NCBI RefSeq assembly: GCF_004010195.1
Contig: NC_057756.1
Location: 2,730,776-2,794,775, forward strand
Source of the DNA: Chiloscyllium plagiosum
Taxonomy: Eukaryota
Direction of reading: 5' to 3'
Length of the DNA: 64,000 bases
Positions 39,965 to 52,825 of this stretch are shown piece after piece (the first letter of the stretch is position 1; every line of letters starts with the position of its first letter). The translations under genes and the position numbers were made by a program. The notes beneath the pieces are model-generated. The model was not told where the DNA came from. It saw nothing but the letters and a program-made list of their open reading frames with translations, and ran no database searches.

Positions 39965-40940
39965 TTCACTGCTTTGTCGTAAAAGTATATGTGGATGTTC
40001 GGGTTGGGAGGGGGAAATGTCAGCAAGTTTGCAGAGTCAAAAAAAAAACTAGTTTGGTGATTAGCAATGAAGATGTTGCTTTTATCTTACAAGAAGCTAT
40101 ACTTGTGTGGATCAAATTGGCTGAGCTGTGGCAGGTAGTATTTAACTTTGATAAGTATGACTTGAAATACTTTGAAAGAGGAAACAAAATATGGGAGTCT
40201 TCAATAAATGGCACGGCACAGTGTATCACAGAAAAAGCGGATGGATCTTGGCTTAATTATTCACAGATCGCTGAATCTGGCATAAAACGTAACTAAGCTT
40301 GTTAAGAAGACATGTACAAATCTTGTTTTCATCAATCGTGCAACAGAGTGTTAAGTAGAAACGTTTGCAATAGCAGAATTCTATAGAGCATTCGGTAGGG
40401 ACCAGCTGGAGTATTGCGTTCACTTCTGGTCACATCACGACAGGAAAGAAGTTATATCATGAGACAGGATACAGAGGAAGTTCACTGGCATGTTACCTAA
40501 AATAGAGCAATTGAGCGAGAAGTGCAGGATAGATTAACTTGAATTGTTTTCTTTCGAGCAGAGAAGACTGGAGGCGGGAGTACATGATTGAGTTGGTTGT
40601 AATTACGAAGGGGAAGGATAGGCTGATTAGGACGCAGCTTTTCTCCTGATTTGCCAGGTCATTGACAAGGGGGACTACATCACAATAACGGGCAGGAGAC
40701 ACAGAAGTAATTTGTCAAAAATAAAATTCACTGAGAGTGTGATTGGTGTCCGAATTGCATTGCCTGAGTAGTTAATGTCCGGAAACATGACAACTTTTTG
40801 AAGAAAATGGATTTGCACTTGAAATGTCATAACTTTAAATGATATCGGCCACGTGCAGGAAACTGAGACTGGAGGACATTTATTGGTGAATACTCGATTG
40901 TGCAAAGTACCTTTTGAGGGATTATGGTAATAAATGCATG
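39965..40940 (+). mobile_element. Decayed CR1 RT 3' fragment
   Basis: VSKFA; AELWQVVFNFDKY; DQLEYCVHFWS. Confidence 0.8.
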
Positions 40941-41914
40941 TCTAAGACTCGTGGATCAAATTGTACAGAGTAAGGTGTCTCCTATTTTCGATGGAGAATA
41001 AAAAGAATTTCCTTCCTGAAAGTGCAGAGAATCTGCAAAATATTTTGCAGTCAAGTGTAACACAGATAGTGCCAGTTCCACGCGTATTCAGTACTGATAG
41101 GCAGCATTTTCCAAGCCAGGAGTCGGTCAAAGATGTTGATGAAAGCACAAGTGATTGAAATTAAGCATAAACAATTCTGCCAAAATCCCAGCAACGGAGA
41201 GAATTTTGCAAGGAGCGAATGCATTACTCTAGCTCTTATACCTTATAATCTTTCGACATTGTATAACACAACATTCTTCTGTTCTTTAAAGACTTCTTGA
41301 TTAACAAGGAAGAAATTAATTTGCAAGGAAAGCTGATTCGTAAATTTGTAATGAGTTAAAATCAATTTGCAAGTATTTGCTTCATGCACAATTTAGAAGC
41401 AAAGTTGTCTTTCATCTCCCCAATTCAACCTCTCCTCCACTGTTTCTTATTTTGTATAGCTTTTGAGTTGAAATTTCCAAACATATCACAAGCTCGAATT
41501 TATGCAACAGCTCAAATGTTCGCGAGATTCTGATACAGACCTTTTAGTTAAGACCATTGTTAAATCATTTAAAGACACTTCTGATAATCCATGATGGAAT
41601 CTCTGCTTAAAATAACGAAAACTTTCATTCACAACCTGATAACTTGCCCCCATACTTTATCTGCCTTTTTTCTCTATTTATTGCAATATCCATGCACTCT
41701 TCTTCGTATGCCCATTTTTTGTGTGAAGTGTGCTTCAAAGTCTCACGAATCATTGTGGAAAAACAGATACGTCATATATGAACTATACTGAGTGATATTT
41801 TTTCACATTTGTGATCCTTAATTTCATTTTACTCCTGCTAAAAAGAAAATAAATACTTTCTAAATTCAAACAAAAAAGTCCTGTCAAGGTTTTTTGCTTC
41901 GAAATGGATGATTT

Positions 41915-42450
41915 TCTTTTTAGTTGTTCTGTCATGGGATGTATCCGGCCCGGGCTGCTTATCGTTTATTTTCCATCCCAATTTCCAGTGTGAAGGTGAT
42001 GGTAAGCTGGCTTCAGAAACCATTGCAGTTTGTGTAGCATGAGGAGCCAAAATGTGTCCAGGAGATTACTCCAGGACTTTGACTCGTAAAAAGTGAAGGA
42101 ATGTGAATATATTTTCATTTCAGAATGATAAGTGTCTTGCCGTGGGGTATGGGGCGGGATCTTGCGGGTCGTAGCAGGCATCATGTATCTGATGCCTGTG
42201 TCCTTCTAGACAGAAGTCACTTTTGTTTGAAACATGGTGTCTAGGGATCTCTGAATATGTACAATTCATCTCTAACAGTGCACAGTGTTAGAGATTATCA
42301 GTACTGTTCCAAGTAGATGGATATGTGTTTGATGAAATTCAAGCGAGTTGCTTTGTGCTGGGTGGTGTCAAGCTTCTTGAGATTTGTTGCAGCTGCACCG
42401 TTTCAGGAAAATTGGGAACACTCTTTCACAGGCTGCATTGTGCGTTGTAG
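41915..42450 (-). mobile_element. Non-LTR retrotransposon 3' remnant (CR1/L2-clade-like)
   Basis: Higher-GC block resembling a common shark LINE 3' end (QKLDTTQHKATRL on the minus strand). Family not certain. Confidence 0.5.
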
Positions 42451-43289
42451 AATGGAGAGCCTCTAATGTTGAAAACTACTGCGCTAAATTTCCTCATAGG
42501 GCACCTAGTTACTGTCAATAATTCATCTGCTATACTTTATTGCAACTGTTCTTACAGGGTTCACGTACGATCTTAAAAAAACCACCCCTATACCTTCTCA
42601 ATAAATTGTATTGCAACAGTCATCTACCTGAAAAATGACATTACCTTTTAATTACAAAGAAAGGTTGTTACCCTTCTATGCAATATTCTGTGCAATTCCT
42701 TATTCATACCTGAACAGACGACCCACCAATTTATACTTTACGCCTCTCGCAATCCGTGCAGCTGATTACCTAGGAATTCACCATCTCTTCCAACTTTAAT
42801 AGCGTATTCTCACGACTCATTCAATCAAAATGGGCAATTAAAGATTTTCCAAAATTTGAAAGGTCATTGCCATAATTTTATGTATTAACAACCTTTCTTC
42901 AGTTTCTCATTAATACTGCACTCTTTACTTCCATATTTAGCTTTTTGCAAGCAGCAAGGTGAATAAAAGTGTGTTGTGTTTTCTTTGAAATACATTAACA
43001 TTTTGTCAAAACAAAAACAAAAAAAAAGACATCTGAACAAACTCGGAAGATGTGTTCGCATTTGTTCAGAGAAAGCACAATGAATATTTCGGATCTTGTG
43101 GACCAGTAAATCATTTTCTAATCACGCCAAAGTTACCGAAAAGCATATGCACTTTCATTTCGGAATAGATGTGTCGGTCTGTGCACGGAATAGTTCATGT
43201 TGATTATTCATTGAAAATCTTGCAATAAATCACTATTCAAACGCGTCTCAACTTGAAACATTTCACAGAAATCTTCGAGCCATTATGAA

Positions 43290-44170
43290 AACAGATTTAT
43301 TCCTGGAGAAAAGAAGATTGCAAATGCAATATCGTTGTTTAAGAAAAGGACAAAGGATAACACAGGAAACGACCGGCATGTCTGTTTGAAATCAATAATA
43401 TGGAAAATGAGTGAGCCCCTAATATTTGAGAAGGCAAATATATGCAACAAGCTTTTGTCAAGGTTAACGTATCACTGCTAAATTTAGTGGAGTTTTTTTT
43501 TGTAATAGTGACACTGGCAGTGGAAAAGAGAAATGTTATGAATGTTGGATGTTTGGACATTGAATGAAGCTTTTTGTATGGTGTCACTTCATATTTTTTA
43601 TTGCAATTTATAACCATTTGAGACAGATGCATCGTTGTATGTTGTTTAATATGAAGGAAACCGCAAGTATGAAGAGATGTAGGCTAGCTGGAACTACTGT
43701 TTGCTATGGCTTAGTATTGGCTCTCTTGCTTCAATTGATTTATACAAATCATTGGAGATTCGTGATATGGGCATCATCTTTACATTTTTACATTACTCTT
43801 AGGTAAGGACAGAACTGAGTTTGGGGATAATGCTGAGTGATTTCAGAGGGATATTGATAAGCTGATTAAATGGGCAAACACGTGGCATTTGAACACCAAA
43901 TCAAAGAAAGGTGAGGCCATGCATTTTCGAGAAAGAAGCCCAGATGTATAATACCTGACATCTTTGAGGACAGTATGGGGCCTGTTGAAACAATTGTACA
44001 GAACGCTTACAAATTTCTTGAATTTAAATATCGAGATGAATTGTTTAAAAACAACGAATAATGATTCACCATTTCAAAGTCATCAGTATGAATGTGATGA
44101 GCGAAATCAGCAGTGTACATACATGATAGGCCGAATGGCTTCCTTATGTACTGTGAAATGCTATGATTCT
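43290..44170 (+). mobile_element. Highly decayed CR1 RT fragment
   Basis: ANAISLFKK; GNDRHVCL; DIDKLIKWANTW; 3' tail ctatgattct. Confidence 0.7.
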
Positions 44171-44551
44171 CTGGTAACGTTATGCACTCCGCAAAAACAC
44201 TGTTGATTTTGCCAGATTCACTTGACTTAAAAAAATTCACACAATGAGTAGCAGGACTTGAAACATGCACTCTCTGACTCACTCACGTCTTAAATAAAAT
44301 AGGTGAGTTTGCTACTATCAAACCTGACGCAACATTACTTAGACAATTAATTTTGTAAATTTGAAACAATGCATACAACAATTTGCAAAATATTTCAGTG
44401 TAGAAATCGTGTAATTATTTGTGATATGAATGCTTGCCAGCGTCTTGGTATTCCCAATTGGCAGATTTCCACAATTCAAATGATGCAAATTTCCTTCCAT
44501 TTCTTCCTTCTTTCCATGTCATGGCATTCAATTTTTTTTCAAAAAAACTGA

Positions 44552-44835
44552 TGTGGCATGGTGGCTCAGTGGTTAACACTGTTGCCTCACAGCACTCGGA
44601 CTCGGGTTTGATTCCAGCCATAGGCGACTGTCTGTGTCAAGGTTGCACATGCGCCCAGTGTCTGCGTGGGCTTGTTCTGGTTTCCTCCCACGTACCAAAA
44701 TATGCAAGTCAGATGAATTGGCTATGCTAAATTGCCCATTAGTCAGAGGGCAACATGACTGGGTGGGCTACTCTTCAGACGGTTGGTATGGGCATGTTGG
44801 GCTGAAGGGCCTGTTTCCACAGAATAGGGAATCTA
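44552..44835 (+). mobile_element. HE1/V-SINE-type tRNA-derived SINE
   Basis: A box TGGCTCAGTGG, B box GGTTTGATTCC, V-domain-like gaattggctatgctaaattgccc, LINE-like tail gggctgaagggcctgtttccac. Confidence 0.9.
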
Positions 44836-45421
44836 ACGTAATAATTTGTTTGTTAACCCTCACAGAAAATATGTGTCCAATTTATTCAACTTGTGCTGGT
44901 TTTACACTGATCTTTCACCCAATTACCTTCCTTCAGGCTCATATTCGTCCTTGACATGTTTCTTCATAAAACTACAAACTGCTGTTTTTATGTTTAGTTG
45001 GCAACATTAGCTAACATTCTGTTCCGTAATTTGCTAATATTTCTGAGATTTTCTTTGCTCTATGCATGTTGTGTACTGTTTTGAAATGCCATTCAAGTTT
45101 TCTTATTTTGATGATGTCTGAAAACATTCCCAAACGCTGATTTTCTTTTTTGCATTTAACTACTTATCATCGGCCTACTCCTATCTTTTCTTTCCCTTAT
45201 TTTCCTGTGGAAACGGTATTATCTGTATGATATGAAGTGCACCATCAATGCATCTGCACTTACTGATCCTGTCACATTATCAAATACAAATACAAAAATA
45301 AGGACAATAGACATTATTGAATTTGAGGCTTCCTTCTTTGACAAGTCATCAATTATTCAATTTAAGGACAAGGAAAATTGTAGACCATAAGACTGATGTG
45401 CCTCGAGTATGTTTAGAAATA

Positions 45422-45900
45422 AACCTCCCCCCTCACCTCCCTCCAAGGCCCCAAAGGACACTTCCATATCCACCACAGATTCACCTGCACCTCCACACAC
45501 ATCATCTATTGCATCCTCTGCACCCGATGTGGCCTCCTCTATATTGGGGAGACAGGCCGCCTACTTGCGGAGCGTTTCAGAGAACACCTCTGGGACACCC
45601 GGACCAACCAACCCAACCAACCAACATTTCAATTGACCTCTCCGCCCCCACCCCCGTCTGACCTATCACCCTCACCTTGACCTCTTTCCACCTATCACAT
45701 TTCCGACGCCCCTCCCCCAAGTCCCTCCTCCCTACCTTTTATCTTAGCCTGCTGGACAAACTTTCCTCATTCCTGAAGAAGGGCTTATGTCCGAAATGTC
45801 GATTCTCCTGTTCCCTGAATGCTGCCTGACCTGCTGCGCTTTTCCAGCAACACATTTTCAGCTCTGATCTCCAGCATCTGCAGACCTCACTTTCTCCTCA
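45422..45900 (+). mobile_element. Penelope-like element fragment (GIY-YIG and pLTR) with 13-bp TSD
   Basis: FTCTSTHIIYCILCTRCGLLYIGETGRLLAERFREHL. TSD atgtttagaaata at 45409-45421 and 45901-45913. Confidence 0.92.
45770..45803 (+). ncRNA. Minimal hammerhead ribozyme motif, probably mutated
   Basis: CTGAAGA-a-GGGC-ttat-GTCC-GAAA-t-GTC; GAAAT in place of GAAAC. Confidence 0.6.
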
Positions 45901-48499
45901 ATGTTTAGAAATATCATGGCTGATCTAAATTGACCTCAATACAATACTTCTGCACAACTCTGTTAAATGTTATTCTTTTAAATCAAATTTCTATCGCATT
46001 CCACCTTTACAAAGATCGAAGAAAACATATATTTCATGTGTCTGTATCAAGTGCCATGTCAGAGACGTAACCCGAATGACTCAGACACATCTGAGAGATT
46101 TTAAGTTTTAAACATTTAAAGTTTCATAAATGTTTTGGATACAGCAACCGACGGCATGAGTGTAAGTTTGATAATGACCAGAATGGCTTGAATGTCTCTT
46201 CATTATGTTGAAGTTCTGATCGGTATTTTTGGATTCTGTAACAAGGCAGATCATTTACCACCACCGCCTCCACCCCCAATTCCACACAATCCTTTGCACT
46301 CTGTGTTTCATAAGTCCTGTATGTTACCTCTAATAATCCTATCCTACAAAGGGTACACATTTAGCTTCTCCAGCTTTCTACATGAGGCGATGTTTTTTTA
46401 ACAATTACCAATGCATGAGACTTTTTTCACGAAAGGTACACTTCTGTTAATATTCTTCAGAAATGAGAGAGTGTAGTGCATACATTCGCGATCAAATATG
46501 GCCAGTTTAACACCCGAATTCTACCTACTTTAGTAATCAGTCGTGCTCAGAAAACCATGACTGTCTATTAGCTTCTGTCTGATTGCATGGCTAGCTAATC
46601 TATGCTAACCATAGACAAGAGCATTCAGTTCTCTCAGCTTCTTGGAAATCTACAACTTTTCAACGCTTTATATTTTTATTTAAGTATATCCTTCTGCTGA
46701 AATCTACTGGTTTCCATGTTTCCGATCTGCCTCAGTTCTTTATCAAATTTACACTCATGCCCTCGGCTGCTATATCCAAAACTGTTACGAATATTTAAAT
46801 GTTTGAGGTTCCACAACCACATCCACTGGCACAACATTCTTTGTACAGTTGCGGGCACAGGGAAAAAAATTGCAGTCCTCTGAGTCTTGTAAGATAGGAA
46901 ACTTTTCTGAATGATAAATGTCATCACAACAAATACACATTTATTTTCTGAAATTATTTTTCATAAGGTACCTTATGAAGTGCCCCTGGAAATTTGCATA
47001 CAATAAATGTACTGATTACCCTTTAAACACAGCGCAACGTAATTGCTTTCACAAAAAAAATAAAGTGAATATAATTTCACTTTCATAAAATCACATGGAT
47101 TTTTCCTATATATTGGATTGTAATTTTTTTTTATTAAAAAGCGTATAATAATGTCCAAATGCCGTATGGTTGGCTAACTGGACCAGGAATTACCACTTTA
47201 GGTCTTCTCTTTTTCAAATCATTGTTATATTGGTTAATTTCCCAGTATGCAGGAGCAATTCCAGATTAAAGCAATAATTGAACTTAAAAGAAAAGAACAA
47301 GTCAACAATTCTCACACTAGGTATTGGTTTTAAGATCATAGGATGCAAAACAGTAGAAGCGTGGCACTTGCAAAGATGTTGTTGGTACTACTTACTCAGT
47401 ACTCAAGGATGTACAGACTTGGCATGGAATATAGAATATATATGACGTTTAGAAGAGACATTGAATCAGTGAATTACATTGGAATTTATTTCAATCATTC
47501 TGTAAATATTTAACGAATCTTTTTAAAAAAATATTTATATTCAAACGAAAATTCCATTGCACTTTAGTGCTATTTTCCCTTTTAAAGTTGCGTTCCGCCG
47601 CCTTGACCCACCCCCACCCTCCACCCCCACTCCCACTCTCGCGAAAACTCCATTCGTGCAATATGCTGGCAGGTAAACTAAGTTTGAAGAATGATATTTA
47701 TTTCCCTTGAGTTTAACATTTAATATACTTACCAGTGAACGAATCGCCTACGTTTGGAATATTTTTTTTTGCTGCAAAGTATTGTACCTTCAAACGTTAG
47801 ACTTTTCCCCTTAATGGTGACGATTCCATATCTTTTGACCTAACCAACTTGTGACAGTATATTTGACCTTGTTTTACATTCAAAATTGCAGTCTTAATTC
47901 CACTGTTCTCACCTTTGAATTTTAAGTTAAATTCTGTGGTATTATGGAAGCCCAGCGGTGAATTCACTATCAGTTCAATATTTCGTCCTTTGCAGTCGCT
48001 CGAAACCAGCGACTAATATAGCCTGTTATCCGTTTCTCGTACAAGAACACACTTAACTAAATAAAGTCTAGTAAGTAATTTAATTAATTCCTTTCAAGAT
48101 TATTTCTATTACTACGACCTATTTTCTTGTTGACCTGAATTTGCAAATGCTCAAGTTAATCACTGTACCCTTTCGACAAGCATCAATTATGTCTTTCTTG
48201 ATATGCCATCCGACTATTTGTTCAATGCTGCGGTCATGTACAATATTCTCACAACTGATCTCTTGCCTTCATCATTTCGTGACGTCATCCAGACTGCTTC
48301 TATATTCTGATTTTCTGAATGGCATCAACCCTCTCGTTTTGGGCTATCTCATTTATTTGACTGTTTTCTGGTCATTGTTCTGAAATAAATCAATGAACTT
48401 CCTGCAGTCAGCTGATTGATTTCAGTTCAAGTTTTTCTTCCAATGAAGAACCTACAACTTGATTTAAATGGCAAGGCAAATGACAGCGGATTCCTTTCT

Positions 48500-48664
48500 A
48501 AAAACGTGTTTTAAATTTATTCATCGAATAAGTGCAGCAAAGCACTTAATCTGGCTGTGTCTTCCAGAACCAAACGACGTATTCTTGGTAGAAAAGGGAG
48601 GCAAATCATCATTTCAATTGTCATCAAAAGGCATTATAGTGAAGATTAGCCAGAGTTTGTTCAG
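48500..48664 (-). other. Candidate terminal exon of the antisense microexon transcript (stop, 3' UTR, AATAAA)
   Basis: cttggcttcgtttcag|CTGA. AG|C TGA closes the frame; AATAAA on the minus strand at 48521-48516. Confidence 0.4.
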
Positions 48665-48830
48665 CTGAAACGAAGCCAAGTCTATAAAGTTAAGTCATGT
48701 GTTCAGCACGAATATTCTGAACAGATGTTCAGTGTACGTCATTCTACTGCAACCATAGGTGATGACTTGTTTCCATTCTACAGCTGCTTTTGGTGCGGCT
48801 ATCTGTTCCCTAAGTATTATATGTTCTTAC

Positions 48831-48935
48831 CTGTCATTCTCTTCATTGCTACTTGCATCGCTCAGGATCTGCATTTGTGTGTTCGCACGTGGGGAGCAAA
48901 TATTGTCCTTACAAAGTTTCGCATAAAACATGGAA
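48831..48935 (-). CDS. Candidate 105-nt phase-2 exon (SMFYAKLCKDNICSPRANTQMQILSDASSNEENDS)
   Basis: actttgctttgtttag|...GACAG|gtaaga. Open only in phase 2; an alternative acceptor at 48868 gives 38 nt. Confidence 0.45.
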
Positions 48936-49302
48936 CTAAACAAAGCAAAGTTAACAATGCAGTGTTGGAGACAAGGGTAATGGGTTAACAAGGTGGAAAA
49001 GCATTTATTATGTGGAGCCATTTAATAATATTGGAAGCATTCAATATTTAAGGTTAGGTAACATATGAAGAGCATTCTATATGTGAAACCAGTTAAGATT
49101 AAGGACATGCATTGTGTAACATCAGATGGCTTAATCTTTGCTATTGCCACTCTCTCATTGTAACGGTCACCTATCCAATATGTGTGTTGCCTCATGTGGA
49201 ATCTTCTCCCTGTAAAATGACTATATGTTTCAGAAAGGAACTGCTCTTCAAGAGACCATCGGGAACACATGCCCCTGTGCACATGGTGATCGTTCTCCTT
49301 AC

Positions 49303-49314
49303 CTCCGGGGGGCA
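49303..49314 (-). CDS. Candidate 12-nt microexon TGCCCCCCGGAG
   Basis: ttcatctttttttattcag|TGCCCCCCGGAG|gtaagg. Confidence 0.55.
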
Positions 49315-50328
49315 CTGAATAAAAAAAGATGAATGTAAAACCATTCTGTTTCTCCTCAGTGTTTCGCTTCGAACGGGGTGGGGGGTGGGATGGTGGGGCG
49401 GGGAAACGTGACAACAGTCGTACAAAGTAGGAATTAAGAAAGTAAAGAATGCAATCGAATTACTTTCAGATTTGTAGAACAAATGTATCAGAGACATTTA
49501 CAGGAAAACTTTGAGACGCATTCCAGTTAAACATTTGAATGGAGTTTTGAAACATTTTCAACACTGAAGTATAAATAATAGTTTCTTTAAAAGTCAGAAG
49601 AAGATCTGTGAGAATTGAACAAACGTGTGGCAGATCCAGGTTAAATTAATGTCATTGTTTTTTTTTTTGAAGATTACTTCATTTCACACACTCCAGAAAG
49701 AAGTCAGTGCTCAAAGCACCAATGTGATTTCACAACAAAAAACACGGATTAGGCTGAAAATAATTAGAACAAAACGTGTGCAACAGCAACTCTACATATT
49801 CCCAAGTGCCTGCCAACGTTTGCAATACATGATATTCTTGTTTACTAATACTATTACCTCAGTAACTATTGGCAGTTTTCTATTCGAATAAATGAGTGCT
49901 GTCGGGAAAGAAAAAAAAAACTTCTTTCGGGGCCAATTGCGAAGGTTCGGTAAACATTGTCCTTAACATTAAATCATGCAATCCGCTAATAAATGAAAAA
50001 AAAATACTAACATTACCAGTGTGAAATAATTAAGCATAAGTTAGGCTTCGAAGTTTCATGTTCTCAGTTGGGTAGCTTAATCCACCAAAACCTTTTTGTT
50101 TAGCATTTCCTTTTTTTTGCAAAATTCCTTTTGTAACCCACAATCAAATATGAAGCAACCATTCAGTTATATCGGATTAGGGATGACTGTGCATTGTATC
50201 GTAAAATGATAGAATTACGTCTGTTTGGAAGCATGTAATTCACTTCCATCAATGACCCTTTGAAGAGTTTCACAACTAGACGTCCCCCCCTTAGTCGAAA
50301 ACTGAAACCCTGCATTTCCCATGCTCAC

Positions 50329-50337
50329 CCAGCCAAC
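50329..50337 (-). CDS. Candidate 9-nt microexon GTTGGCTGG
   Basis: gttcttcttttcttcttcag|GTTGGCTGG|gtgagc. Confidence 0.55.
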
Positions 50338-50464
50338 CTGAAGAAGAAAAGAAGAACAGCTGAAACAAACTGCAAACACAATGAACTATTGTGTAACGTC
50401 CACGTAATCATCCTAGTCTAAAATAGGAACCGTGCACATGGATTTCTAAGGGAAGTGTACTTAC

Positions 50465-50505
50465 CATTCTGCCACCGTGCTGCTTAACTTCCTTGAGCAA
50501 TGCAG
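50465..50505 (-). CDS. Candidate 41-nt exon ending in ATG
   Basis: ccatgtctttcacag|CTGCATTG...GCAGAATG|gtaagt. Confidence 0.5.
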
Positions 50506-51384
50506 CTGTGAAAGACATGGTTACATCTCATTATTTTAATGGTGCCATGCCAATGGTATTTGTGGTTATATTTTTGTTTTTATCTTCCTCACATAGGTAA
50601 AGTGATAGATTTCTGAAGATGTGATGTGAACATATGAATCTTTCCTGCACAGGGTGGGAGCAAAATGTTATAACGTGTTAGCGAGTGAATAAATTGCCTC
50701 ATTACAAAACACTTTGTGTGAGAAATAATGTATACTTCGGTAAATGTATGTTTAATTTAAATTGCTATCATGGTAGTGGTTCATGGATGGAAATCATTGC
50801 AGGCATGAAATATTTGATAAAGTATGATGCAAAATTTTCGGCGAATGTGAAATATGTGATCGAAGTGCCTGCAATTGGCCTGTGCAAATGACCAAATCGT
50901 ATATCCATTTCCGTTATTTTTTTTCTCAGATCTTATGAAGGCTGAATAAGTTTTAACAGTGATGAAGGGCTTTTGCCCGAAATGTCGGGCAAATAGTTCT
51001 TGGCCTCTCGAATTTTCACAGATTATAGCACGGGATAAATCTTTTCTGCATTGCTGGTTAAATTAAGCAGGAGGGTTTACCTGTGTGGTACTCAAAATAC
51101 ATGAAAGTAAAACAATACTAGAAATGTTGTTGTGTAATTGAATGGAATGCACGACTAGTTAAATAGTAGTGAAGATATCTATTGTATCTTGTAACAACGC
51201 TGATATCTCGAGTGTCCCTATTGCAAGATATTCTGAGGGTGTTGATATCTTATTTGAAAATAAGATTAAGTGTATATTGACAAGTAACTGGATGCTTGCA
51301 GTGTCTGGAGAGGATTTTAAATTAAATAATAACAAACATCTACATAAATATCAATTTATAAAGTAAATATACACTTTATGGACT

Positions 51385-52825
51385 AATAGCACTGGTGGAT
51401 TGCAAATGTCGTGCTCTTGTTCAAGAAAGGCAGTGGACATGACCCATGTAATTATAAACCAGTGAGCCTTATTTCTGTTGTAGGAAAGGTTTGTGGAAAG
51501 GATTATAAGGGATAAGATTTATAATCGTCTATTAAGCAATAATTTGATTTCAGATAGTCAACATGGTTTCGTCAAGGGCAGGTCGTGTTTCACATATCAC
51601 ATTGAGTTTTTTGAGAAGTTAGCCAAGCATGTAGATGAGGGTAGGGCAGTTGACGTTGTATACATGGACTTCAGTAAAGCCTTTGATAAGGCTCCACATC
51701 GTAGGCTTTTGGAAAAAATGCAGAGGAATGGAATTGAGGGCGACTTAGCAGTTTGGATTAGGAACTGCTTTCTGACAGAAGGCAGCGACTGGTGGTTGAT
51801 GGAAAATATTCAACCTGGAGTCCGGTTCCGAGTGGTGTGCCACAATGATCTGTTTTGGGACGACTGCTGTTTGTCATTTTTATAAATGATTTATGTGCAG
51901 ACATAGGTAGATGGATTCATAAATTTGCAGATGACACTAAAGTCGGTGGAGTAGTGGACAGTTTGGAAAAATGTTACAGGTTGCAGGGGGACTTGGATAA
52001 ACTGTAGAATTGGGCTGAGAGGTGGCAAATGGAGTTCAATACAGCTAAATGTGAGATGATGCACTTTGGGAAGAATAACTGGAAGGCAGAGTACTTGGTC
52101 AAAGGAAAGATTCTTGCTCGTGTGGATGTGCAGAGGGATCTTGGAGACAATGTACATGGATCCCTGAAAGTTGTCACCCAGGTGGATAGTGCTGTTAAGA
52201 AGATATACGATGTGTTCGGTTTGATTCGTCGAGGGATTGAGTTCCGGAGCTGCAATATCATGCTGCAACTACACAAAACGCTGGTGCGCCACTCTTGGAA
52301 TATTCTGTCGAGTTCTTGTCCCGATATTTCGGGAAGAATGTGGAAGCATTGGAAAAGATGCAGAGGAGTTTTACCAGTATGTTGCCTCGTCTGTAGGGAA
52401 GATCTTATGAGTTAAGACTGAGTGACTTGGGTCCGTTCTCATTGGAAAAAAGACGTCTACAGGGGATTTAATGGAGACATATAAGGTGATCAAAGGATTA
52501 AATAGGGTAGGCATTGAAAGTCTTTTTCCTAGTATGATGACATCAGCTTGTACGAAGGGGCATAACTACAAATTGAGTGGTGATAGACTCAAGACAGATG
52601 TCAGAGGCACGTTCTTTACACAGAGAGTGGTAAGGGCGTGGAATGCCCTATCAGTTAATGTAGTCAAACTCAGCCACATTACGGAGATTTAAGCAATCCT
52701 TAGATAACCACATGGATGATTATTTGACAGTGCAGGTGGACGAGCTGAGAATATTTCACAGATCGGCGCAACATCGAGGGCTGAAGCGTCTGTTCTGTGC
52801 TGTATTGTTCTATGTTCTATTTTCT
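51385..52825 (+). mobile_element. Relatively young 5'-truncated CR1/HER1 LINE
   Basis: SQHGFVKGRSC...VDVVYMDFSKAFDK, KFADDTK, FFTQRVVRAWNAL; tail tattgttctatgttctat. Confidence 0.95.

Noticed and set aside
4194..42290. Several CACAGTG/CACTGTG heptamers
   Set aside because: None has a nonamer at 12 or 23 spacing, and no V or C Ig exons were seen, so this is not an antigen-receptor cluster.
44552..44620. tRNA-like A and B boxes
   Set aside because: Head of a SINE; no cloverleaf.
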